64,000 nt of DNA from an uncultured delta proteobacterium. GTDB lineage: Bacteria; Desulfobacterota; Binatia; UBA9968. Of this stretch, positions 32,264 through 41,439 are shown in pieces (the stretch's first letter is position 1; each line of letters begins with the position of its first letter). A program made the translations under genes and the position numbers. The notes under the pieces are model-generated. The model was given only the letters and a program-made list of their open reading frames with translations, did no database searches and was not told where the DNA came from. The DNA lies in the NCBI GenBank assembly GCA_963760795.1, contig CAVXEP010000033.1:57192-121191 (forward strand). The letters are read 5' to 3'.

Positions 32264-32977
32264 TTATTTCTGGCTGCTTGTCGATTTTGGCCAACGCGCG
32301 CGGCTTTGTTTGAGACCGAGGCCGGCCAACAATGCCGCCATCCGGATCGGCGCGCCAAAGCCTTCGACCACTGGCACACCGAGTTGCTCTTGCAACCATT
32401 TTGGCTCGATATGAACCGGGCACTGGCTGATGCCCATGGGGATGATCACTTCGGCGCCGAGACCGATCAACCGCTTTGCTTCGTCGACAAAATTTTGCAC
32501 CACCTGGTCGCGGTGGGCAGCCAGGTCCGGTAAGTCGAACCCGCTGGTGCCAAAACCGACAATGCGCTCTTCCATGCCGTAACGGCGTACGATGGCGCGG
32601 TTAAAGGCGAGCAGTTTTTCGTGATAGATAATTAGGCCGAAACGGTCGCCAAGCAGTGCGGCGACGTGAAGGCACGCCTCCATCGGACCGATAACCGGAA
32701 TATCTACGGCTGATCTACCGCCATCGACCGCTAAATCGAGCATGCCCAGCGGCACCACGGCGTCATAGCCTTCCTTCTCGGCGCGCCGGTAGGCGTCGAT
32801 GAACGCGGGCGCCACGAGGGCAATTTCCGTCGGTGTTATGCCGTAGAAGTATGGCGAAGCATCGACTTTGATAATCCCGACCTGAACTTCCATGTTGGCA
32901 TAAGACAAAGCGAGATCGGCGCGCCGCGTGAATTCTTCCGGCGGATAACCGCCAATACAAAACGCCACTCGAATCAC
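32264..32977 (-). CDS. Asp/Glu/hydantoin racemase-family protein
   Basis: AEKEGYDAVV, VDIPVIGPMEA, LGVPVVEG; GTG start with GGAGG RBS. Confidence 0.85.
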   Translation of the reverse strand: MIRVAFCIGGYPPEEFTRRADLALSYANMEVQVGIIKVDASPYFYGITPTEIALVAPAFIDAYRRAEKEGYDAVVPLGMLDLAVDGGRSAVDIPVIGPMEACLHVAALLGDRFGLIIYHEKLLAFNRAIVRRYGMEERIVGFGTSGFDLPDLAAHRDQVVQNFVDEAKRLIGLGAEVIIPMGISQCPVHIEPKWLQEQLGVPVVEGFGAPIRMAALLAGLGLKQSRARWPKSTSSQK

Positions 32978-32999
32978 TAGTCGCCTCCAAAATAGTTTT

Positions 33000-34151
33000 T
33001 TACTTAGGCTGCCAAAACGCTGTGGTCTCTTGCAGTTTATTCATATCGATATCGACGCCGAGCCCAGGGCGATCGGAGACGCGCAGGGTTCCTCCCTCGA
33101 CGGTTAACCCCGACGCCGGATCATCGTTCAAGCTTTCGAACTCACCGATCTCAGCGCCGGCAAACAAGTCCGGAATCGAGGCGCAGAAGTGTAGCTGCAT
33201 CGCTTCCATCAGCTGGCTGCCGGCGGTGCTGCCGACGTGGACGCTGACGTTGGCGGCGCTACACACCGCGGCGATCTCGCGCGATTTGTAATAGCCGCCC
33301 ATTTTCCAGATCTTGATGCTGACCGCATCCATGGCGTCGGCATCGATCAAGCGCAGCGCATCGGCGGCGGTGGTCACGCCTTCGTCGGCCATGATCGGAA
33401 TATTCACGTTCTTTCGCACAAACGCCATGCCGCGCACGTCGTCTTGTCTGACGGGTTGCTCGACCACGACGAGATTGCAGTCGCTAAGCTGGTTTAAGAC
33501 TTTAACCGCATGCATCGGCGTGTAGGCCTGATTGGCGTCGACAGAGATGAACACGTCTTCGCCGAGCGTGTCGCGGGTTCGCTTAACCGTTTCGATATCG
33601 CGCTTGTCATCGAGGCCGATTTTGATTTTCACATAGCGATAGCCGCGCTCAACCAGAGCGAGCGCCTCATCGGCGGTTTCCTTGGGCGGCTTGAGACCGA
33701 GCATGCGCATCACCGGCACCTCGCGCCGGCTGAGGCCGCCAAATAAATTGAACAGCGGCGTCTTCATGCGCTTGGCTTGGAGATCGAGCAAGGCTTCTTC
33801 GACGGCGAACTTAAGCTGAACATTGCCGCCGATGGCGAGATCGATATCGCGCATGATTGGCTGTACGCCGTCGATTTGGCCTTGGCTGAGCAAGGGTGCG
33901 ATGGCGTTGTGGAGCAACGCCTCGGCCGTCGCCGTCGACTCCCCTACGATCAGCATCGCCGGCATATAGCCGTAGCCGCTAACGCCGTTGTCGTCCGTGA
34001 TACCAACGACGGTGGCATCAATGTCGCCTTTGGTGTAGCGCGCGGTCTTCCAAACCGCGGCCCGGCGCAAAGTCGCGCGCCAGCTTTGCACCTTGGCTAT
34101 TATTAACGGCTGGGATTGCTCCGCGCTATTATTGCTGGTTGCTGCGGCCAT
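33000..34151 (-). CDS. mandelate racemase/muconate-lactonizing enzyme family (MLE subgroup)
   Basis: KIKIG, VDANQ, VEQP, MADE, IKIWKMGG, PGLGV. Confidence 0.92.
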   Translation of the reverse strand: MAAATSNNSAEQSQPLIIAKVQSWRATLRRAAVWKTARYTKGDIDATVVGITDDNGVSGYGYMPAMLIVGESTATAEALLHNAIAPLLSQGQIDGVQPIMRDIDLAIGGNVQLKFAVEEALLDLQAKRMKTPLFNLFGGLSRREVPVMRMLGLKPPKETADEALALVERGYRYVKIKIGLDDKRDIETVKRTRDTLGEDVFISVDANQAYTPMHAVKVLNQLSDCNLVVVEQPVRQDDVRGMAFVRKNVNIPIMADEGVTTAADALRLIDADAMDAVSIKIWKMGGYYKSREIAAVCSAANVSVHVGSTAGSQLMEAMQLHFCASIPDLFAGAEIGEFESLNDDPASGLTVEGGTLRVSDRPGLGVDIDMNKLQETTAFWQPK

Positions 34152-34180
34152 GAGTGTCTCTCCTTATTGCAAAGCGGTAT

Positions 34181-34380
34181 CTAGCGTTTGAACACGGTCT
34201 TGAAAAGTCCTTCTTTGTCGAGGTTGCGATGCCAGCTTTTTTTGCCAGCGGCTCGCGCTTGCCGATTTCGTCCATGGGCCTGGAAACTCTAACTTATTGG
34301 CTTTGTTCAGGACTTCGGTTTTGTTGGATTTGATATAACGAGAAAACGTCTTGATGGCTTCCTCGCGGTTGCGCTTGAAA
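34181..34380 (-). pseudogene. relic of the 3' end of an NMT1-like solute-binding protein gene
   Basis: minus strand reads FKRNREEAIKTFSRYIKSNKTEVLNKA and, after a break, RNLDKEGLFKTVFKR*, resembling C-termini of the SBPs at 37024 and 3658. Confidence 0.6.
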
Positions 34381-34429
34381 CTTACGATGCTTGGACAAAA
34401 ACCCCCAGTCGATCTTCATCGGTGCGACG

Positions 34430-35248
34430 CTACTTTTCTTTCTTAAACGCGCCGAATCCCGGTCGATAGTTGCCTTCGATAAACTGCTTGATGCCCTGCT
34501 CTTTCCACGCGCCGCCCTGCAGAAAAGAAAGCTGGTCGCTTTTCGCCGAACTGTAACTCAAAGCGGTCTCGTAGTCGGGAATAAGCAGGCTGTCGCGGTA
34601 CGCGTCTTTGCAAGCGCGGAGCGCGAGTGGGTCTTTTTCAGCGAGCTTTTTGGCGAGCTTGTTTGCCTCCTCCATCAACGACAATCGCGGCACCGAAAAG
34701 GTCACAAAGCCAATTTCCGCGGCCCGTTTGCCGTTGAATGTGTCGCCGGTCAGCATGTAATAGACCGCATCGCGGACGCGCATGATCTGCGATATTTGCT
34801 TGCTGACCGGGCCACCCGGGAAATGGCCGAAGTTCACTTCGGAGAGGCCAAAGGTAGCTTCGTCCGCGGCGATCGCGATGTCGCAACCGGATACGATCGA
34901 GAAAGCGCCGCCGAAGCAGAATCCATTGATCGCTGCGATGGTGGGAACAGGAAAGGAGCGCAAGATGCGCACGCGCCACTCCAACGCCTTTTCCAACAAC
35001 CGCTCGAACTCCATACGCTCGCGCTGTTCATAAAAAAACTCTTTTAGATCCTCGCCTGCGGAAAAGCTCTCGCCGGCGCCGGTCAGGATAAGCACCCGCA
35101 AGTCCTTATCGAATCGTAGCTCATTCAAGACTTCGACCATCTCATAATGAAGCTTTGGGTTCATCGCATTACGCTTGTTGGGCCGGTTGAAAGTGATCGT
35201 CGCGATGTTGTCCTGGCGGTCGACTAAAATGGTCTCATAATTTGCCAT
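34430..35248 (-). CDS. enoyl-CoA hydratase, p-hydroxycinnamoyl-CoA hydratase/lyase-like
   Basis: NRPNKRNAM, SAGEDLKEFF, NGFCFGGAF, TFGLSEVNFG, EQGIKQF..RPG; start MANYE at 35248. Confidence 0.88.
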   Translation of the reverse strand: MANYETILVDRQDNIATITFNRPNKRNAMNPKLHYEMVEVLNELRFDKDLRVLILTGAGESFSAGEDLKEFFYEQRERMEFERLLEKALEWRVRILRSFPVPTIAAINGFCFGGAFSIVSGCDIAIAADEATFGLSEVNFGHFPGGPVSKQISQIMRVRDAVYYMLTGDTFNGKRAAEIGFVTFSVPRLSLMEEANKLAKKLAEKDPLALRACKDAYRDSLLIPDYETALSYSSAKSDQLSFLQGGAWKEQGIKQFIEGNYRPGFGAFKKEK

Positions 35249-35292
35249 GTGAGCGCCCCTTCTTGGTTTTTGTGCTCGCCGATAGTCGTTGA

Positions 35293-35997
35293 TTAGTTTC
35301 TTGACTTCACCCAGCGCACGCGGCTTTGCGACAGGCCCAAGCCGGCCAGCATCCCCGCCATGCGTATCGGTGTGCCGATGCCTTCGACTACCGGCACACC
35401 TAGCTGCTCCTGCAGCCAGCCTGGCTTGATATGAACCGGGCATTGGCTGATGCCCATCGGATAAATCGCTTCCGCGCCCTGATCGACCAGTCTTTTTGCT
35501 TCGCGCACGAAATTATCGACGACTTCATCATGGTGCGCTGCCAAATCCGGCAGATCGAAACCGCTGACGCCGAAGCCGGCGATATGCTGCTCCATGCCGT
35601 AGCGGCGAATGATCGCGCGCGAAAACGTCACCAGGCTGGGGTGATAAACCATGATGCCGAATCGATCGGCGATCAGCGAAGCGACATGGAGACACGCTTC
35701 AGTAGGCCCGATAACGGGGATATCGACGGCGGATTTTCCGCCGTCAACGCCCAAGTCCAGTGTGCCCAACGGTACCACGGCGTCGTAGCCTTCTTTCTCG
35801 GCGCGCTTGAAGCTGTCGATGAACGCCGGCGCGACCAGCTGTATCTCGGTTGGCGTCATACCGTAAAAATAGGGGCTGGCGGCCACTTCGACGATGCCCA
35901 CCTGAATTTCCGCCGTTGCATAGGAGAGCGCCACATCGGCGCGTCGTTTATGTTCTTCGGGCGGATATCCGCCAATAACGAATGCCACTCGAACCAT
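35293..35997 (-). CDS. Asp/Glu/hydantoin racemase-family protein (paralogue of 32264-32977)
   Basis: same motifs as the first copy, clearly homologous over the full length. Confidence 0.85.
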   Translation of the reverse strand: MVRVAFVIGGYPPEEHKRRADVALSYATAEIQVGIVEVAASPYFYGMTPTEIQLVAPAFIDSFKRAEKEGYDAVVPLGTLDLGVDGGKSAVDIPVIGPTEACLHVASLIADRFGIMVYHPSLVTFSRAIIRRYGMEQHIAGFGVSGFDLPDLAAHHDEVVDNFVREAKRLVDQGAEAIYPMGISQCPVHIKPGWLQEQLGVPVVEGIGTPIRMAGMLAGLGLSQSRVRWVKSRN

Positions 35998-36043
35998 GGA
36001 AACTCCTTTAGCAGCTGGGTGTCTAACGATCGCGATGGAAGTG

Positions 36044-37009
36044 TTAAATTCCTAAAAGGTTGCGTGCGTTGGTGCAATAGATTCTGGACAAATCGCTTTC
36101 ACTCAAACCGGAGTCCTGAACGACCCCGACCGCATGTTCCACGTACTGTTTGCCTTCTTGGCCGAGCCCAAAAGGATAGTCGGTGCCAAAAACAATCTGC
36201 GTAGTGCCGAACATCTTGGCAACGCAGGCGAGGATCGCTTCATGGGTCGGCCCTGAGGTATCGTAATAAAGTTTGCCAAAGTAGTGACTCGGTTTATGTT
36301 GGCTTTTCCCCTCGCGAAATGCGCGCTCGATGCGCGGCGCGAGAAACGGCAGCGTGCCGCCGACGTGAGCGGCGATGATCTTGATATTCGGGTAGCGGTC
36401 AAAGAAACCTCCGAGGGCGAGGCGCGAAAGCGCAAAGGTCGTATCTACAGGAAGCCCAATCAAGTGTTCGAGGCGGTAACCATACCATTCCTTGGGAAAG
36501 GTTCGCTGGAGCGGATGAAGAAACATTACCAAGCCGGAGGCGTTGACGTGATCAAAGAATGGAGCAAACTCCGCATCATCCAAAGTTCGTTCGTGGATGT
36601 TTGTGCTTAAGGAGATACCGGAGAATCCGGGCAGGGTTTTCGCGCGATCGAGTTCCGCGCATGAGCCCTCGACATCGGGAAGGGGGGCCGCGGCAAAAAA
36701 GCGAAACCGCTCTGAGCCGCGCGCGCAAATCTCGCCGTATTCATCGTTAACGCAGCGGCAAAGCTCGACGCCGTCCGCGCGATTTTCCGGGTCGTAATAT
36801 TCGTAGACATGGGGCAGCGACAGCACTTGCATGCTGACCTGCCAACGGTCCATTTCAGCCAGGAAGCGGCTTTCATCCCATTGCCAATTGGTTCTGATGT
36901 CGAGCGACCGTGACGGCTTGCTCCTGAGCGTTTTCATGAACTCAGGTGGAAAGGCATGAGCGTGGACATCGATCCGCGTTTTGCTGTGATCGTATGAGCT
37001 GTCGGCCAC
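36044..37009 (-). CDS. amidohydrolase_2, ACMSD/aromatic acid decarboxylase-like
   Basis: IDVHAH, FLHP, AAHVGGTLP, YYDT, FGTDYP. Confidence 0.88.
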   Translation of the reverse strand: MADSSYDHSKTRIDVHAHAFPPEFMKTLRSKPSRSLDIRTNWQWDESRFLAEMDRWQVSMQVLSLPHVYEYYDPENRADGVELCRCVNDEYGEICARGSERFRFFAAAPLPDVEGSCAELDRAKTLPGFSGISLSTNIHERTLDDAEFAPFFDHVNASGLVMFLHPLQRTFPKEWYGYRLEHLIGLPVDTTFALSRLALGGFFDRYPNIKIIAAHVGGTLPFLAPRIERAFREGKSQHKPSHYFGKLYYDTSGPTHEAILACVAKMFGTTQIVFGTDYPFGLGQEGKQYVEHAVGVVQDSGLSESDLSRIYCTNARNLLGI

Positions 37010-37023
37010 TGGCTTTAACCTCT

Positions 37024-38019
37024 CTATTTGAAAAACCCTTTGTCCGCCAACTCTCGCACGAAACTGGCGTCAAAGACATCATCCATCCGCAGTCCAGCTA
37101 TCTTGGGATTTCTTGGCGCCATCAAATCAAAAATCAATTTGAAGCCCTTCTCGCTCGGCAGTGGCACTTTTTCGTAGACATGATCTTTAACGTATTGCCA
37201 TTGGCGCTCCAACAACTCACGGTTGGTCGTTCTTAGGTTGCGCGCGGTTATGGTGATCGATTCCTCTTTGTTCTGCTGAAAGAAACGAACGCCTCTCATA
37301 TATCCCCTGATCATCGCCAGAACGGCTTCTCGATTCGCCTGCGCGTATCTCCTGGTTGTAAATATCGCCGTAAATGGAAATTCAACACCGAGTTCAACCA
37401 GGTCGATTACCTTATAGAGCCCGGCGCCCCCGCCAATGAAAGTCGCCCCGCCGATGTTCGCCGCATCTATGGAACCGCTGCGAAGCGCGGCGAGGCGTTC
37501 CGCAGATCCGCCGATTACAAGTTTCGCCACACTCGTTGGGTTGACACCCAAATGTTCCAGCGCAATACGGGTGGCTACTTCGTCGGACCCGCCGACCGAA
37601 CCGATACCAATCTTCTTACCAGTTAGGTCGTTTGGGCCCTTAATCGGCTGGCGCGCCACGAATGTATAATCTAAGCGGTTCATCGGTACCGCCACGATCA
37701 CTGCGTCTTCCCCTGCCGCCCTTGCCGCTATCGGGCCCGCCGAGCCGGCGATGCCTACTTGCACATCGCCGGCAAGTAGCGACTGCACGCCTCGGATATT
37801 CCCTTGGATGTAAGTGATTTCCGCTTCGACCCGTTCATCACGGAAAAACCCCTTTTCCCGCGCGATCCAGAGGGGCGCGAAATCGATGACGATGCTCGGA
37901 ATGGCGATGCGCATCTTTCTTGGCGGCTCAGCTCCCTGAGCAATTTCCGATAATACCGCGCAAATCAAATAACTGATGATAGCGCTTAGATTGATGTTTT
38001 TAATTCGACGCTTCGTCAT
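37024..38019 (-). CDS. ABC substrate-binding protein, NMT1/SsuA-like
   Basis: signal peptide, FAPLWIAREKGFF, DLTGKKIGI. Confidence 0.87.
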   Translation of the reverse strand: MTKRRIKNINLSAIISYLICAVLSEIAQGAEPPRKMRIAIPSIVIDFAPLWIAREKGFFRDERVEAEITYIQGNIRGVQSLLAGDVQVGIAGSAGPIAARAAGEDAVIVAVPMNRLDYTFVARQPIKGPNDLTGKKIGIGSVGGSDEVATRIALEHLGVNPTSVAKLVIGGSAERLAALRSGSIDAANIGGATFIGGGAGLYKVIDLVELGVEFPFTAIFTTRRYAQANREAVLAMIRGYMRGVRFFQQNKEESITITARNLRTTNRELLERQWQYVKDHVYEKVPLPSEKGFKLIFDLMAPRNPKIAGLRMDDVFDASFVRELADKGFFK

Positions 38020-38235
38020 CGTGCTCCACCTCTTTTCTCGTGAAGATATCTCACCCTTGGTCCATGGGCCTTGAAATGTCCGATGGACGAGTGCTCTAAT
38101 CACCTGCCTTGTGTCGATTTTAGATCAGGGTACCCCAGTTTCGCAAAAAAGAAATATTACGCCTTCTCGAATTAGTAGGAGAAGAGAGCAAATGTTAAAT
38201 ACAGCGTTGCAGATCTGTCACTAATCGACGCACCC

Positions 38236-39147
38236 ATGGACCGGTTGCGAACCATGCAGAGCTTTGCCGAAGTCATTCGGCTGGGTAGTTTTTCCGAAGC
38301 CGCCAAGAAGTTGGGACTTTCTCGGGCGCTGATCTCGCGTCACGTGACCGATCTCGAAAAACATCTTGGCCTTCGGCTGCTCACGAGAACGACCCGGCGG
38401 ATCACTCTCACTGAAGCTGGAGCGAAACATTTTGAGTTTTGCCAGCAGGTCATCAAAGAGATCGAAGAGAAAGAAGCGTCTCTTAAGGGTCTCCAAAAAG
38501 TGCCCGAGGGCTCACTTAAGATACTCGCGCCGAAATCTTTGACCACATTGGCTCTCGGCGACGCGATCGCTAGCTTCGCCGCGGCTCATCCGCAGCTCAA
38601 TATCAACCTGATGCTCGACGATCTGTCGTTTCGCAGCTACGATTTTATCGAACGCGGATTCGATGTCGCAGTGCATACGACGCCAATTCGCGAGTCGAGC
38701 TTGGTCGCCAGAAAAATTGCCAACTTGCGTTGGCTGCTTTGCGCCTCGCCGAATTATCTCAAGCAGTATGGCGAGCCGCGTCGGCCGAGAGATCTCACGC
38801 GGCATCAATGTTTGGTCCATATTAACTCCGACCCGAGCGACCGAGTCTGGCGTCTTCGCGACGCAGGTGGCCTCGCCTCGGTAAAAGTTCAGGGCCCATT
38901 TGCCTCGAATAGTGTGCTCGTGCTGCGCAAAGCTGCGCTTGAGGCGCTGGGTATCGCGATTTTACCTCTCTATTGTGTCAAAGAGGATCTCAAAAGTGGC
39001 GTTTTGTCCGAGGTCCTCACTCATTTCCCTATCCCCATTCACCCGCTGTCCCTGGTCTTCTCACCTGGGAAACCAACGCCGCAAAAGATACGCTCTCTGG
39101 GGGATTTCCTGGTCGACTGGTTTCTTAAACATCCGATACCGCAGTAG
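38236..39147 (+). CDS. LysR-family transcriptional regulator (CrgA-like)
   Basis: GSFSEAAKKLGLS...LLTRTTRRITLTEAG; divergent from the catabolic cluster. Confidence 0.95.
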   Translation: MDRLRTMQSFAEVIRLGSFSEAAKKLGLSRALISRHVTDLEKHLGLRLLTRTTRRITLTEAGAKHFEFCQQVIKEIEEKEASLKGLQKVPEGSLKILAPKSLTTLALGDAIASFAAAHPQLNINLMLDDLSFRSYDFIERGFDVAVHTTPIRESSLVARKIANLRWLLCASPNYLKQYGEPRRPRDLTRHQCLVHINSDPSDRVWRLRDAGGLASVKVQGPFASNSVLVLRKAALEALGIAILPLYCVKEDLKSGVLSEVLTHFPIPIHPLSLVFSPGKPTPQKIRSLGDFLVDWFLKHPIPQ

Positions 39148-39257
39148 TGCGTATGGGACAATGATATCTAAAGGCTAAAGATTACCTAACTGCCAGTGCG
39201 GGCTCCCTACCAATCAGAATGGCACTCTCCTGAGCTACGGCGGACGGCACCTAGGGG

Positions 39258-40385
39258 TCATCCCCAAACATCATGGGCCACGTTGACGACTAGAGAAAGT
39301 TTGGCAAGCTCCGCTTCGACGGTGATGTTGTTGCCCAAAACTGTGCTGGAAAAACCGCATTGAGGGCTGAGTGCCAGCTGGTCCAAAGGAACATAGCGGC
39401 TCGCTTCGTCGATGCGCCGCTTGAGATCGTCGACGCTCTCCATATCGCCGGTCTTGGAGGTAACCAAGCCGAGCACGATCTTCATATCCTTTGGCACGAA
39501 GCGCAACGGCGAGAAACTTCCGGCGCGCGGCGAGTCGTATTCGAGAAAAAAACCGTCGAGTTTGAACTCGTTAAATAAGATCTCAGCCACCGGATCGTAG
39601 CCACCCTCCGCGGCCCAGGCGCTGCGGAAGTTGCCGCGGCAGATATGCATGCATACAGCCATGTTGGCAGGGCGGTCTTTGATGCACTCGTTGATGAGTT
39701 TTGCATAGGTGCGCGGCAGCCGTTCGGGGTCTTCGCCGATTTGCCGCACGCCTTCGCGCATCTTTTCGTCGCATAGATACGCCATATTCGGATCGTCGAG
39801 CTGCAGATAGGTGCAGCCGAGATCGGCCAAGGCGCCGATTTCGTCGCGATAAACTTGCGCAAGATCGGCGTAAAAAGCATCCATGTCGGGGTAGGCCTGC
39901 TGGTCAATGGCGGCGCGGCCGCCGCGCATATGCAAGATCGTCGGCGATGGAATACAGACCTTGGGCGTTTGCTTAGTCACCGCGGCCAAAAACTTATAAT
40001 TATCCGTTTCGATGCCGCGGCTGCGTTTGAGCCGGCCGGTTATTTCAAATCTCGTCGGCGAGCGTTCGATCTCCTGTTCGCCGGACTGAAACCTTCTGAC
40101 GACGCCGCCGCCCGCGGCGACGCCTTCGCGGACGGTCACTCCGTCGATCTGCCGGAGAAAGTCGGCGTGCCAGATCGTTCGTCGATACTCCCCGTCGGTG
40201 ATCCCGCGAAGGCCGATGTCTTCCTGCATCTGCGTCACCGCGCCGATGCAACGGTCTTCGACATCCCGCAGCGCGCCCGAGGAAAGGGCGCCCTGCCGAT
40301 GCTCCTCGCGAGCGCGTAACAGTTCCGGTGGCCGCAGTAAACTGCCGACATGGTCGGCGCGAAAGGGTGCGACTGTTTCAGCCAT
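39258..40385 (-). CDS. cobalamin-independent methionine synthase-like, catalytic domain only
   Basis: RADHVGSLLRP, TDGEYRR, HICRGN, LEYD, SPQCGF zinc ligands; about 375 aa, no N-terminal folate-binding half. Confidence 0.9.
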   Translation of the reverse strand: MAETVAPFRADHVGSLLRPPELLRAREEHRQGALSSGALRDVEDRCIGAVTQMQEDIGLRGITDGEYRRTIWHADFLRQIDGVTVREGVAAGGGVVRRFQSGEQEIERSPTRFEITGRLKRSRGIETDNYKFLAAVTKQTPKVCIPSPTILHMRGGRAAIDQQAYPDMDAFYADLAQVYRDEIGALADLGCTYLQLDDPNMAYLCDEKMREGVRQIGEDPERLPRTYAKLINECIKDRPANMAVCMHICRGNFRSAWAAEGGYDPVAEILFNEFKLDGFFLEYDSPRAGSFSPLRFVPKDMKIVLGLVTSKTGDMESVDDLKRRIDEASRYVPLDQLALSPQCGFSSTVLGNNITVEAELAKLSLVVNVAHDVWG

Positions 40386-40633
40386 GGGTATTTCTCCTGG
40401 TGCCGATAGTAGTCGCAAGGCGGTTGGCAAAGAAAGAGCGCGGCGCCTAAATGCTAGGTTGCAATTATTTAACCAATCGCGCCGCCCATGAGCATTGAGG
40501 CATTCTCCGATCGTCGCGTTTCAATAGGCGCTGGGTACTGCGCCGGTAAGAGTATCGCCGCTCCAATCCCGGGGATGCCGTGGAATATTTGGCGGTTTGC
40601 GGCATGGCGCCGCTCATCAGGCGATTCCGAGAA

Positions 40634-41062
40634 CTATTTGCCCAGCGCCGCCGCCGCGGTCTGCGCTATATCGATGTCTTTGATTCCCGCGCCGCTGACG
40701 GCGACTGCGCCGACAATTTCGCCTTCGGAAAAAAGCGGAAAGCCGCCGGGGATCGTGACAAACGACCCGGGGCCGGCGGCTAATGTAATGGCGAGAGCGT
40801 GATGATCGTCGCGCTCATTGCCCGTGGGACTTTTCTTGCCGGAGGGAAATCTCGTCAGAGCCGCGCTCCTTGCTTTTGCCTGGGCGATGGCGATCGAATA
40901 GAGTTCGGCTTTTTCTGAGCGCGTAAACGCGATCAAATGGCCGCCGTCGTCGACGACGGCGATGCTCACGTGGCAATCCAATGCCCGCGCCCGCTCGATC
41001 GCCACGCCGAGCACTTTCATGCCGCCTTCCCGTGTCAGCTTTCTCGATGCAACCGTATCCAT
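40634..41062 (-). CDS. GlcG/HbpS-family heme-binding protein
   Basis: VSIAVVDDGGHL, AQAKARSA, GGFPL..GAVAVSGA. Confidence 0.9.
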   Translation of the reverse strand: MDTVASRKLTREGGMKVLGVAIERARALDCHVSIAVVDDGGHLIAFTRSEKAELYSIAIAQAKARSAALTRFPSGKKSPTGNERDDHHALAITLAAGPGSFVTIPGGFPLFSEGEIVGAVAVSGAGIKDIDIAQTAAAALGK

Positions 41063-41232
41063 AGCTCTTCTCCTCTTTGCGGTAAAAAATTGCTTTTAGC
41101 GACGTTCAGTCTTTTACAACATGATCAGACAAAAAGCGCCAGTCCGAGCGGCTTAACTGGTTACGTTATTGCAACTTTGATTTTACGCGTGCGATCCCGG
41201 CGCAACAGAAAAAATCTAGCATTGAAGCTAAC

Positions 41233-41395
41233 GAAGGTGATAGCCTCAGTTTGCTCGAACAGCGCGATGCGATCTACTGGGGCCTGGACCCAATAGGAAC
41301 CAGCGGTTATGTCCGGCCGGCGAGCGAATGGAAAGGGATCAAGATTCTTGAAGCAGCGATCGCAAATCCGGTTTTAGGACAGGATACCCGCCTTC
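41233..41395 (-). ncRNA. candidate 6S (SsrS)-like structured RNA
   Basis: nested complementary blocks GAAGGTG/CGCCTTC, TGCGATC/GATCGCA and CCTGGACCC/GGGATCAAG give a long rod with internal bubbles; strand inferred from resemblance to 6S motifs. Confidence 0.5.
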
Positions 41396-41439
41396 ACAAA
41401 TAGACCACAGTCGCTTCATGAAAGGGGAGTCATAAAGAT

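Noticed and set aside
40386-40633. SAM or cobalamin riboswitch upstream of the MetE-like gene
   Set aside because: No recognisable consensus elements by eye; a cmscan would be needed to exclude it fully.
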